The notes beneath the pieces are model-generated. The model ran no database searches. It had not been told where the DNA came from and worked only from the letters and a program-made list of their open reading frames with translations. A program made the translations under genes and the position numbers. This document shows, piece by piece, positions 23,101 through 29,947 of a stretch of 30,600 bases of DNA. The stretch's first letter is position 1, and every line of letters starts with the position of its first letter. Source of the DNA: a virus (Duplodnaviria; Caudoviricetes); the IMG/VR virus record IMGVR_UViG_3300010354_000371, positions 1 through 30,600 of that record; one strand, written 5' to 3'.

Positions 23101-23218
23101 TTAAAACATTTTCTCTAAGAAAACTAGGACGTTTAGCAGTGACAGTTACAGCACTACCTGTTTCCTGTCTACTAATTGTAGTAACTTCTGTTTTTCTTTG
23201 AGCAGTATCTTGCGTCAT
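20171..23218 (-). CDS. Baseplate hub protein (gp27-like) with a low-complexity C-terminal extension, 1015 aa
   Basis: Lies between gp53 and gp5. EILGDP and FSGVYKVLSVKSTFREGVFRQSLKLVR resemble the gp27/Mu gp44 hub C-terminal motif, followed by an Ala/Thr/Ser/Gly-rich tail. 4-nt overlaps with both neighbours. Confidence 0.65.
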   Translation of the reverse strand: MTQDTAQRKTEVTTISRQETGSAVTVTAKRPSFLRENVLNSFRSYTYNFTLAAINREKLKNPNSYRDKDSKFDFIILKTGGKGTRSFNVEAASGLAVTRTNENELGTFTTNDIELGQEAVREFNESSPGRFDMFIENIEVDSLMSFSQQTNTSMSTGIRFDVFEPYSINGFIEALNVGATSCGFTSYVGASFVLKMEFVGYPDNVDLPDPKKIEFTERYFVIRFTKVEVEVTEKGTRYSCTCLPFHEGAMGTPNKLKDPINMNGSTVKEILTNFINNLNEQVKRNDREAKVSDAAVKHDTYDIKFAQLMPDGTLSYADNENEFSKSKVLEILKDKALYRFPDPGDPAQVAPNLMRPAQADVRRVDNAIDNRSSNSQSDVRRVDNRIDSNSSNTSKYIRYSPDNTTIQFAERANIHECIIAVLRDSQYTRTLIENLNASGVKTPDGMVTYFHVFPEIEVGEIDPVTKQNYSKYTYVVAPYKLHYTRIPGYASQQFRAAKLDGLPVRNYNYIYSGENVDLISFKLNYNHLFFEAFSKNMGSSNYIASADALAKSGENKSQLAPENIENLQRTDNGVAPAVSNPNSYELSNIGTAGPVSYKPYDVMARNMHEAIINSKASLLTADVEILGDPIFLTTSGHGNYKPKLESKGVTKDGEVAYFVQEIFVRINFRNPVDIGENGLMKFQAEKIPFSGVYKVLSVKSTFREGVFRQSLKLVRIPGQITQLDIQETDPADKMETFPDVLDQPVRDVSRAVVRAAQPRADVNILTQLGKLLSTAQGTVSGAIGNVTGAISGAVTQATSGITTALTDVQNKITQVTSGVSNEVASLTGRLGITAQQLQNASPTTLLTLAALAKSFPKDVSVTAAENQGVSVKNIPADKVINIPPIAPAAKAPEPEVNQADINNLLKIGGMFALANAYGVSDNSKISTSFLPKSQSTALLSTTPPVLTKSFSSIQADRADITIATDKNLSVLKNASNSVELNLRLAGSSNSDLDKAITTAAGSKLQSPLSRLLNSQ
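22040..22147 (-). repeat. Two 54-nt (18-aa) tandem repeats: QADVRRVDNAIDNRSSNS / QSDVRRVDNRIDSNSSNT
   Basis: Visible in the translation of the hub ORF; the DNA copies differ at many synonymous positions. Confidence 0.85.
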
Positions 23219-23514
23219 ATTCCCAAATCACGTTTTAGAGTGCTTAATTTAGGTAAAAATATCTTAATACCAGATTTTAAATCATAAACTGAATCTTTAA
23301 TTACGTTAGGATTTCTCATAGCAAATACCCACCATAGATTAACATCACCATATAGATCAAATGCTAATAAATCAGGACGATTTTCATAATTTTTTGTAAC
23401 TTCATATTCTATGTCATCTTCTTGGCGTTGAAAATCACGAAAAGTCATAACATCAAGGTAACCTTGATTCATTACAGTTCCATAATAAGGGCTTGTTTTA
23501 GAATATACAGTCAT
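23215..23514 (-). CDS. Baseplate wedge subunit, gp53-like (LysM-like), 99 aa
   Basis: RPDLLAFDLYGDVNLWWVFAMRN...G.KIFLP is the gp53/LysM baseplate motif. Confidence 0.88.
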   Translation of the reverse strand: MTVYSKTSPYYGTVMNQGYLDVMTFRDFQRQEDDIEYEVTKNYENRPDLLAFDLYGDVNLWWVFAMRNPNVIKDSVYDLKSGIKIFLPKLSTLKRDLGI

Positions 23515-24326
23515 TATAGATATCCTGTATTTCTAAATTTTGTATCTTTAACTTGAGTAAGCCAATCTTTTACTGTAAACGACTGCATTTCATTTCTGCT
23601 GTACATCGGTATGCAGTTGACAGCAATAGTACTTAAAGTAGGAACAGCGTTAACACCATAAACTGGATTTTCCTGTTGTTTGCCTAAGGTAAAATAATCT
23701 ACAGTGTCTGGCATTTCAATTCTATAATGTGTAATTGCTATAGGTACATTATTAAACATATAAGGTCCATAGGCATTCAATCTACACACAGGAGGTGGAC
23801 TTCCAGCTAATGTATCATCTCCGGCTCGCATCTTTGTTAGGGCTTTTAACAAATTCATTGTTGCCAAGTATACTCCGGCATCTTTTTCATTCTGTACAGT
23901 AAACTTTCCAGTGATAGCAATTGTACCAATGCTAGATCTTTGAAAGAAATTCATAGTGTAATTGGAATGAACAGTAGGAGCAGGAGTGTATTCTGCTCTT
24001 ACATCATAAGAAATCTGAGGCGTATAAGGAAAAATAATACCTTGTATTCTGCCTAATTCACCATATAGCCCAGTTGTTAACTTTTTTAAGTAAAAATCAG
24101 GAACTTTTATTTTCACACGCTGATCTTGAGTTTTTGTTACACCTCTGATACTGGTTATGTTAACAGATCTGGCTGTAGGAGAAGCAGGCTCGGCACCAGC
24201 CGGAACTCCAGTAACTTTGCCTTCATTATCAGTTATTATAGAAGACCCATCATCAAACTGTTGGATAGAACTACCATCATCAAACTGCTGAATTGTAGGG
24301 TCGGGCCCAATTACATTTTCTGCCAT
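23514..24326 (-). CDS. Tail-tube initiator / baseplate protein (gp48/gp54-like), 270 aa
   Basis: IIFPYTPQISY and GSPPPVCRLNAYGPYMFNNVP (the PP-x-x-L-x-G motif of tube-initiator proteins). First gene of the baseplate operon, with a GAGGA SD at 24334-24338. Confidence 0.65.
   Translation of the reverse strand: MAENVIGPDPTIQQFDDGSSIQQFDDGSSIITDNEGKVTGVPAGAEPASPTARSVNITSIRGVTKTQDQRVKIKVPDFYLKKLTTGLYGELGRIQGIIFPYTPQISYDVRAEYTPAPTVHSNYTMNFFQRSSIGTIAITGKFTVQNEKDAGVYLATMNLLKALTKMRAGDDTLAGSPPPVCRLNAYGPYMFNNVPIAITHYRIEMPDTVDYFTLGKQQENPVYGVNAVPTLSTIAVNCIPMYSRNEMQSFTVKDWLTQVKDTKFRNTGYL
24240..24293 (-). repeat. Two 27-nt tandem repeats encoding IQQFDDGSS
   Basis: ATTCAGCAGTTTGATGATGGTAGTTCT followed by ATCCAACAGTTTGATGATGGGTCTTCT. 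Confidence 0.85.
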
Positions 24327-24345
24327 AAATACGTCCTCTATCTAT

Positions 24346-24352
24346 TATTTAA
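24346..24352 (-). promoter_or_regulatory. Late promoter core TTAAATA heading the baseplate operon
   Basis: The minus strand reads GGTTAAATAATAGATAGAGGACGTATTTATG, placing the TAAATA core upstream of the SD and start codon. Confidence 0.6.
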
Positions 24353-24385
24353 CCACTAAATAAACTGCTAACTTTATAACCGTGG

Positions 24386-24413
24386 TTGACATAGAGCAAT
24401 TCTATGTTATAAT
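24386..24413 (+). promoter_or_regulatory. Consensus sigma70 (early) promoter TTGACA-N16-TATAAT with extended -10 TG
   Basis: TTGACA at 24386-24391, TG at 24405-24406 and TATAAT at 24408-24413, upstream of AGGA (24421-24424) and ATG 24439. Confidence 0.85.
24389..24407. promoter_or_regulatory. Putative operator palindrome ACATAGA-gcaat-TCTATGT
   Basis: Perfect 7-bp inverted repeat with a 5-nt spacer covering the end of the -35 and the promoter spacer. A related palindrome lies at 25345-25363. Confidence 0.55.
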
Positions 24414-24438
24414 AAATCAAAGGAACTATAATAACAAT

Positions 24439-25356
24439 ATGACCACAGGACTTATACCTACAAGAAAAGTAAAATATCTTAACAACCGCGACCTATTAAC
24501 AGAAATTCACAGAAGCAAATGTAGTTTTTCAAGTTTCAGCAAGCCAGAATACCAACAATACGACATAATATTACCTACGTTAGATAAAGTTAACATTAGA
24601 ACAATAGCCGAAGCCAAACGAAATCGTGCCAAACGATTAGGAATACAGGCATTCACTGCTGCCAGACTAGCTGGCGATAAAAAAGTTAAACTGGTCGAAA
24701 TCACTCCAGATTATAAAAGTATTCCAAAAACTGATATTGTTATACGAATAATGACATTCGAACATATTCCGTTAGCACCGGGTAGGAAAAAAACTACAAA
24801 AACTACAGCAGATAGTCATGAAAAAGTAAATTTCCCTCCATTTCAGCATTGGAAGTTTAACGATGATGATGAACTGGTCTGTGTGGGCAAAAGTCACTGG
24901 AAGGGCGGAATTAAAACTGGAAAATTCAGTAAGGAACACGGGCGAATCACAGAAGGACTAGGGCGTATGTTTATCAAATTGTCAGAACGTTATGCTCAAC
25001 GAAGTAACTGGCGCGGATACACATATATAGATGAAATGAAAGGTCAGGCAATCTTACAACTTAGTCAAATTGGACTTCAGTTTGACGAATCAAAATCGGA
25101 AAATCCGTTCGCCTATTATACTGCGGCCGTTACAAATTCATTTACACGTATCTTAAATATTGAAAAGAAAAATCAAAATATTAGAGATGACATGCTAGAA
25201 GAAGCAGGTTTAACTCCTAGCTCAACTAGACAAAACAGTCATGAATATGCCGAAGAGACCGCACGTCAGGCAGAACTTTATAAAAATCTTCGTATGCCTA
25301 AAAGCGAAGATGAAGTATTAGAAGAAGAAACTGAAGATGATAGCACAAAGGCTTGA
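24439..25356 (+). CDS. Late-transcription sigma factor, T4 gp55-like, 305 aa (start reassigned from GTG 24382 to ATG 24439)
   Basis: YLNNRDLL; SNWRGYTYIDEM; QFDESKSENPFAYYTAAVTNSFTRILNIEKK match gp55 motifs. Upstream of gp47/gp46 as in T4-like phages. The GTG at 24382 lies upstream of the promoter. Confidence 0.88.
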   Translation: MTTGLIPTRKVKYLNNRDLLTEIHRSKCSFSSFSKPEYQQYDIILPTLDKVNIRTIAEAKRNRAKRLGIQAFTAARLAGDKKVKLVEITPDYKSIPKTDIVIRIMTFEHIPLAPGRKKTTKTTADSHEKVNFPPFQHWKFNDDDELVCVGKSHWKGGIKTGKFSKEHGRITEGLGRMFIKLSERYAQRSNWRGYTYIDEMKGQAILQLSQIGLQFDESKSENPFAYYTAAVTNSFTRILNIEKKNQNIRDDMLEEAGLTPSSTRQNSHEYAEETARQAELYKNLRMPKSEDEVLEEETEDDSTKA

Positions 25357-25363
25357 CCTTTGT
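25345..25363. promoter_or_regulatory. Putative operator palindrome ACAAAGG-cttga-CCTTTGT
   Basis: Perfect 7-bp inverted repeat with a 5-nt spacer centred on the -35 box and the gp55 stop codon. Confidence 0.5.
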
Positions 25364-25381
25364 CAGCAAACAAGTTATAAT
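25353..25381 (+). promoter_or_regulatory. sigma70 promoter TTGACC-N17-TATAAT for the gp47 operon
   Basis: TTGACC at 25353-25358 (overlapping the gp55 TGA), TATAAT at 25376-25381, AGGAG SD at 25388-25392 and ATG at 25399. Confidence 0.75.
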
Positions 25382-25398
25382 TCTTTTAGGAGAAATGA

Positions 25399-26412
25399 AT
25401 GAATCTTTTTAAAAAAGTAGCTTGTTTTACGGATATTCACTTTGGCCTTAAATCTAATTCAACAACACATCTAGACGACTGCGAAGAATTTGTCGATTGG
25501 TATGTCGAAACTGCTCAAGCCAAAGGCTGTGAAACTGGAATCTTTCTAGGAGATTGGAGTCACAATCGTAACAGCCTTAACCTAATTACTCTAGATACCA
25601 GTTTGCGATGTTTAGAAAAATTAGGCAAGGCTTTTGAACAGTTCTTTTGGTTTCCGGGCAATCATGATTTATATTACAAGGACAAACGTGATATTCATAG
25701 TTCATCGTTTGGAAGACACATTCCAGGTGTTACTGTAGTTGAATCTGTAACTACTATGGATGGTGTTACTCTTGTTCCGTGGCTAGTAGGAGACGAGTGG
25801 AAAAGCATAGAAAAGATCAAGAGCAAATATATATTTGGTCATTTCGAACTTCCTCTGTTTTACATGAACGCTATGGTACAAATGCCCGATCACGGCGAGC
25901 TCCAAAGTCATCACTTCAAATTTCCAGACTATGTTTTCAGCGGCCACTTTCATAAACGTCAACAACGTGATAAGGTAATCTATATTGGCAATGCCTTCCC
26001 GCATAACTTCGCAGATAACTGGGATGACGAACGTGGCATGATGATATTAGAATGGGGAGGAACGCCTGAATTTATAGATTGGCCAGATTGTCCTAAGTAT
26101 AGAGTTGTTAAACTCTCAGATCTGATTGATCGTAAAGAAGAAATTATGAAATCTAAAATGTACCTAAAGGTTCACTTAGATATCGATATCAGTTTTGAAG
26201 AAGCAAATTTTATTAAAGAAACTTTTATGACAGACTATGACATACGTGAAATTAGTCTGATACAAGACAAGACAAATCTAGATGGAACCTACGAAGACAA
26301 CCCTGAAACTAAGTTTGAAAGTGTAGATCAAATAGTTTTAGAACAATTACTAAATTTAGAGTATGAACAATACAATAAAACTACACTATTAGATATCTAC
26401 AAAAATTTATGA
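25399..26412 (+). CDS. Recombination endonuclease subunit, T4 gp47-like (Mre11/SbcD metallophosphoesterase), 337 aa
   Basis: DIHFG, LGDW, GNHD, FGHFE and SGHFH phosphoesterase motifs; AGGAG SD. Confidence 0.93.
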   Translation: MNLFKKVACFTDIHFGLKSNSTTHLDDCEEFVDWYVETAQAKGCETGIFLGDWSHNRNSLNLITLDTSLRCLEKLGKAFEQFFWFPGNHDLYYKDKRDIHSSSFGRHIPGVTVVESVTTMDGVTLVPWLVGDEWKSIEKIKSKYIFGHFELPLFYMNAMVQMPDHGELQSHHFKFPDYVFSGHFHKRQQRDKVIYIGNAFPHNFADNWDDERGMMILEWGGTPEFIDWPDCPKYRVVKLSDLIDRKEEIMKSKMYLKVHLDIDISFEEANFIKETFMTDYDIREISLIQDKTNLDGTYEDNPETKFESVDQIVLEQLLNLEYEQYNKTTLLDIYKNL

Positions 26413-27230
26413 TATTAGATTGTTTTTTATTTTCACACGAAATTGATATTTTAGAAGGTAGATTAGAATACCTTTATGACAGTGTTGATTATTTTATTAT
26501 AGTAGAGTCAAATCTAACTCATAGCGGAGAATCAAAAAGTCTTAAGTATTTGGAAAACAAATCAAGATACAAAAAATATTTAGAAAAAATATTATATTTT
26601 CCATTTTATGCCAATAGGAACGATTACGACTTTACTCGTAAACCAGTTAACGATCACGATTTTGAAGCAGGGACATGGAAAATCGAAAACGCTCATAGGA
26701 ATTATATTGCAGAGGCACTAAAATTTTTCCCAGATAACGCCACTGTTATTATAAGTGACCTAGATGAGATACCTCATAAGAGTTGTATTCCTATGGCAGA
26801 AGCTGCCTTTACTACAGAATGGTTAGCGTTTTCTTTTAATCAAACATACTTTGCCTATAACTTTAATCAACGATTAGAATCAGAATGGCGGGGGAGTGTA
26901 ATAACAAAGAATTGGTATGCTAGACAACAAACACCCCAATGGCTAAGATACCAACGATACCTTATGCCGTTTTTTCCGGAAGGAGGGTGGCATTTAACCT
27001 ACTGGGGTACTGTAGCAGATATACAAAAAAAATTAAGCTCATTCGCACATCAAGAATTAAACAATGAGAAATATAATAACTTAGATTATATAAAACAACA
27101 TATTTCAGAGGGTAAAGACCTTTTCGAGCGGGGACAAGAATTTATCAAATCAGATAGACTAGATGTTCCGGAAGATGTTAGACTAATATTTGAAAAATAT
27201 CAACAGGACTTAGATAGAAACAATGTTTAA
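26409..27230 (+). CDS. Glycosyltransferase family 17-like (GnT-III/MGAT3-like GlcNAc transferase), 273 aa
   Basis: DCFLFSHEIDILEGRLEYL...FIIVESNLTHSG, ISDLDEIP (DxD), GGWHLTY and KLSSFAHQE are characteristic GT17 motifs. Confidence 0.85.
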   Translation: MILDCFLFSHEIDILEGRLEYLYDSVDYFIIVESNLTHSGESKSLKYLENKSRYKKYLEKILYFPFYANRNDYDFTRKPVNDHDFEAGTWKIENAHRNYIAEALKFFPDNATVIISDLDEIPHKSCIPMAEAAFTTEWLAFSFNQTYFAYNFNQRLESEWRGSVITKNWYARQQTPQWLRYQRYLMPFFPEGGWHLTYWGTVADIQKKLSSFAHQELNNEKYNNLDYIKQHISEGKDLFERGQEFIKSDRLDVPEDVRLIFEKYQQDLDRNNV

Positions 27231-29004
27231 AATAAAAAATTTAACAGTTAAAAATTTCATGAGTGTAGGTAATCAGACTCAGGCTGTAGATTTTGACAAA
27301 CAATTTCTAACTCTTGTACTAGGCTCAAATTTAGATTTAGGCGGAGATGACACCGGATCACGGAATGGTACAGGTAAAACTACCATCATCAATGCGTTAA
27401 GTTATGCTCTCTATGGACAGGCGCTTACAAATATTAGAAAAGAAAATCTTATCAATAAAATAAATGGTAAGAATATGCTGGTTACTGTAGAGTTCGAGAA
27501 AGGTAACAGCAAATACAGAATTGAACGAGGTCGAAAGCCAAATTTATTAAGATTATTTGTAAATGACTCTCAATTGAAGACAGATGAGTTAGATGATGAA
27601 AGCCAAGGGGATAGTAGAGAAACACAAAAGGCTGTGGATGATCTATTAGAGATGAGTCACACAATGTTTAAACATCTTGTAGCATTGAATACTTATACCG
27701 AACCTTTTCTTAATATGAGGGCGGCAGATCAGCGTGAAGTAATTGAACAACTGCTAGGAATAACTCTATTAAGTGAGAAAGCTGAATTATTAAAAAATCT
27801 AAACAAACAAACTAAAGATCTTATTCAACAAGAGACTGCCACAATCGAAGCAGTTAAGGCAGCTAATGAAAATGTACAAAAAAGTATAGATAGTCTTGGC
27901 ATAAAAAGTAGTGCTTGGGATACTAAACATCAGACTGACTTAGAAACACTAGGTAAAGCAATAGTAAACTTAGAATCTGTTGATATCGAATCAGAATTAT
28001 CTGCTCATGCTGAATTGCGCACATGGATTGAAAATGATAGCAAACTGTCGCAGCTAAGAAAACAGCAGGCCACTCTAGAAACAGCTATAATACAGGCTGA
28101 AAAAACAGTTAACAAATATACATTAGAACTAGAAAAGTTAAAAGATAAACGCTGTCATGCCTGTGAGCAAGAACTACATGATCATAAACATGAAGAAATG
28201 CTCGCAGCAGCCATTCAACATAAAGCAGAAGCAGAGACCTACGCACTCAAAGTAGTTAATGATCTAGGATTGATTATAAACGAGATAGAACCTATTATTC
28301 AAGGACCTAAAAGACCGAAAACATTTTATGATACTGAAGCGGAAGCACTAGGACATAAAAATAATCTAGCAAATTTAGAAAAAACATTACTAGAAAAAGC
28401 CAATGAAACGAATCCTTTTGAAGAACAAATTGAGGAACTAAAGAAAACAGCCTTACAAGAAATTGATTGGACTACCGTCAATGAACTGACCAAACTTAAG
28501 GATCATCAGGAATTACTTTATAAACTTTTAACCAACAAAGATAGTTTTATTAGAAAAAAAATAATAGATCAAAATTTAAATTATTTGAACAAACGCTTAG
28601 GATACTATATTGATAAACTAGGTTTACCTCATATTGTAAAATTTCAAAACGACCTAACTGTGGAAATAACACAATTAGGTCAAGAACTTGACTTCGATAA
28701 CCTAAGCCGTGGTGAACGTAATAGATTAATTTTATCAATGAGCTTTGCTTTCAGAGATGTATGGGAAGGTATATACCAAAGTATCAATTTATTATTCATA
28801 GATGAACTCGTCGATTCCGGAATGGATTCCGCTGGCGTAGAATCTGCCCTAGCAATTCTGAAAAAGATGAGTAGAGAACGAGGTAAAAATATCTATCTAA
28901 TCAGTCACAAAGACGAACTACAGGGCAGAGTAAACAGTGTACTACGTGTTATAAAAGAAAATGGCTTTACAAGTTATTCTAACGATGTAGATTATGTCGA
29001 CTGA
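27223..29004 (+). CDS. Recombination ATPase subunit, T4 gp46-like (Rad50/SbcC), 593 aa
   Basis: KNFMSVG, Walker A NGTGKT, coiled coil with a CHAC zinc hook, signature LSRGE, Walker B LLFIDE and the ISHK switch. Confidence 0.94.
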   Translation: MFKIKNLTVKNFMSVGNQTQAVDFDKQFLTLVLGSNLDLGGDDTGSRNGTGKTTIINALSYALYGQALTNIRKENLINKINGKNMLVTVEFEKGNSKYRIERGRKPNLLRLFVNDSQLKTDELDDESQGDSRETQKAVDDLLEMSHTMFKHLVALNTYTEPFLNMRAADQREVIEQLLGITLLSEKAELLKNLNKQTKDLIQQETATIEAVKAANENVQKSIDSLGIKSSAWDTKHQTDLETLGKAIVNLESVDIESELSAHAELRTWIENDSKLSQLRKQQATLETAIIQAEKTVNKYTLELEKLKDKRCHACEQELHDHKHEEMLAAAIQHKAEAETYALKVVNDLGLIINEIEPIIQGPKRPKTFYDTEAEALGHKNNLANLEKTLLEKANETNPFEEQIEELKKTALQEIDWTTVNELTKLKDHQELLYKLLTNKDSFIRKKIIDQNLNYLNKRLGYYIDKLGLPHIVKFQNDLTVEITQLGQELDFDNLSRGERNRLILSMSFAFRDVWEGIYQSINLLFIDELVDSGMDSAGVESALAILKKMSRERGKNIYLISHKDELQGRVNSVLRVIKENGFTSYSNDVDYVD

Positions 29005-29293
29005 GCATCAAGACAAATATAAAGAACTATATTCAAAATACATAGAAAAGTCTGTTGACCTACACAATCTTAACTGTCAATTTGAAAAAAGTAAAGGTTA
29101 TAGAATTTCAAGAGAAATCCGAAGTACTCTTAAAGAATTAGTTAACATACAAAGAATGTTGATAAAAGCAAGTAGATTGTCATATGAAGAAGCTCTTGCT
29201 AATTATAAAATACACCAAAAGCAACTCAAAGAACAAGCTAAAAAAGAAAAAAAGAAATATTCTTATAAACATCAAAAAATAACAACCAAATGA
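28994..29293 (+). CDS. Hypothetical basic helical protein, 99 aa
   Basis: Overlaps both neighbours in the operon. Lys-rich and amphipathic-helical, with a weak resemblance to the Hc1-like protein downstream. Confidence 0.7.
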   Translation: MSTEHQDKYKELYSKYIEKSVDLHNLNCQFEKSKGYRISREIRSTLKELVNIQRMLIKASRLSYEEALANYKIHQKQLKEQAKKEKKKYSYKHQKITTK

Positions 29294-29937
29294 ACGTATT
29301 TGTACATAATGTTAATCCAATACCTATAGTTAAAATAGACCTAGAACCTCATGAATGTTTAACTGTAGACGAAGTTAATATTATTAAAGAACTAGATCTC
29401 TATGACAAATTCAACATGGGATTGAGTGTTTCTTATAAGTTAATAGAAGAATTTAATTTAGATAGAATAGGAAAAGTTTTTGATAGATATGTAAATTATT
29501 ACGTTAAAAATATATTAGGTCTAGACAATAAATTTTCAAGAACACAATCTTGGCTTACTGTACATGATAAAGGATCAGAACATCATAATCATTTTCATCC
29601 CAATTCAATGATAGCCGCTGTTCTATATTTCAATGAAACTATGACATCAGACCCTATGGCTCCATTAATTGTAACCATACCTGGCACAGACAACATATTC
29701 CCTAGTTTTAAATTTTTAATGGATATACATGAAAATAACCTGTATAACTATACAGAATATACTCTGTATCCTATTACTAACAGGATGTTTATTTTTCCAG
29801 CACATCTAATGCACGCAACAAAGCCTGAACACAGTAATATCAAAAGATATGCCATAGGGACAAATTATTTTATAAATGATAACATACGCTTATATTCTGT
29901 TTTAGAGAATATTAAGGTATCAGTTTCAGCGAATTAA
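29290..29937 (+). CDS. 2OG-Fe(II) oxygenase (phage-type, HxH...H facial triad), 215 aa
   Basis: SWLTVHDKGSEHHNHFHPNSMIAAVLYF ... MFIFPAHLMHAT ... RYAIGTN give HxH, a distal H and the 2OG-binding Arg on a double-stranded beta-helix pattern. Confidence 0.88.
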   Translation: MNVFVHNVNPIPIVKIDLEPHECLTVDEVNIIKELDLYDKFNMGLSVSYKLIEEFNLDRIGKVFDRYVNYYVKNILGLDNKFSRTQSWLTVHDKGSEHHNHFHPNSMIAAVLYFNETMTSDPMAPLIVTIPGTDNIFPSFKFLMDIHENNLYNYTEYTLYPITNRMFIFPAHLMHATKPEHSNIKRYAIGTNYFINDNIRLYSVLENIKVSVSAN

Positions 29938-29947
29938 AGGAAAAATA

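Noticed and set aside
239-24326. Bacterial eCIS, tailocin or T6SS locus
   Set aside because: The adjacent gp55/gp47/gp46 genes and TAAATA late promoters indicate a phage genome, and no bacterial housekeeping genes are present.
24382-24438. GTG start for the sigma factor given in the ORF track
   Set aside because: It lies upstream of the sigma70 promoter and lacks an SD. gp55 similarity begins just after ATG 24439.
28702-28716. ABC signature LSRGE instead of LSGGE in gp46 as a sign of inactivation
   Set aside because: Phage gp46 proteins vary at this position, and the Walker A/B, zinc hook and His switch are intact.
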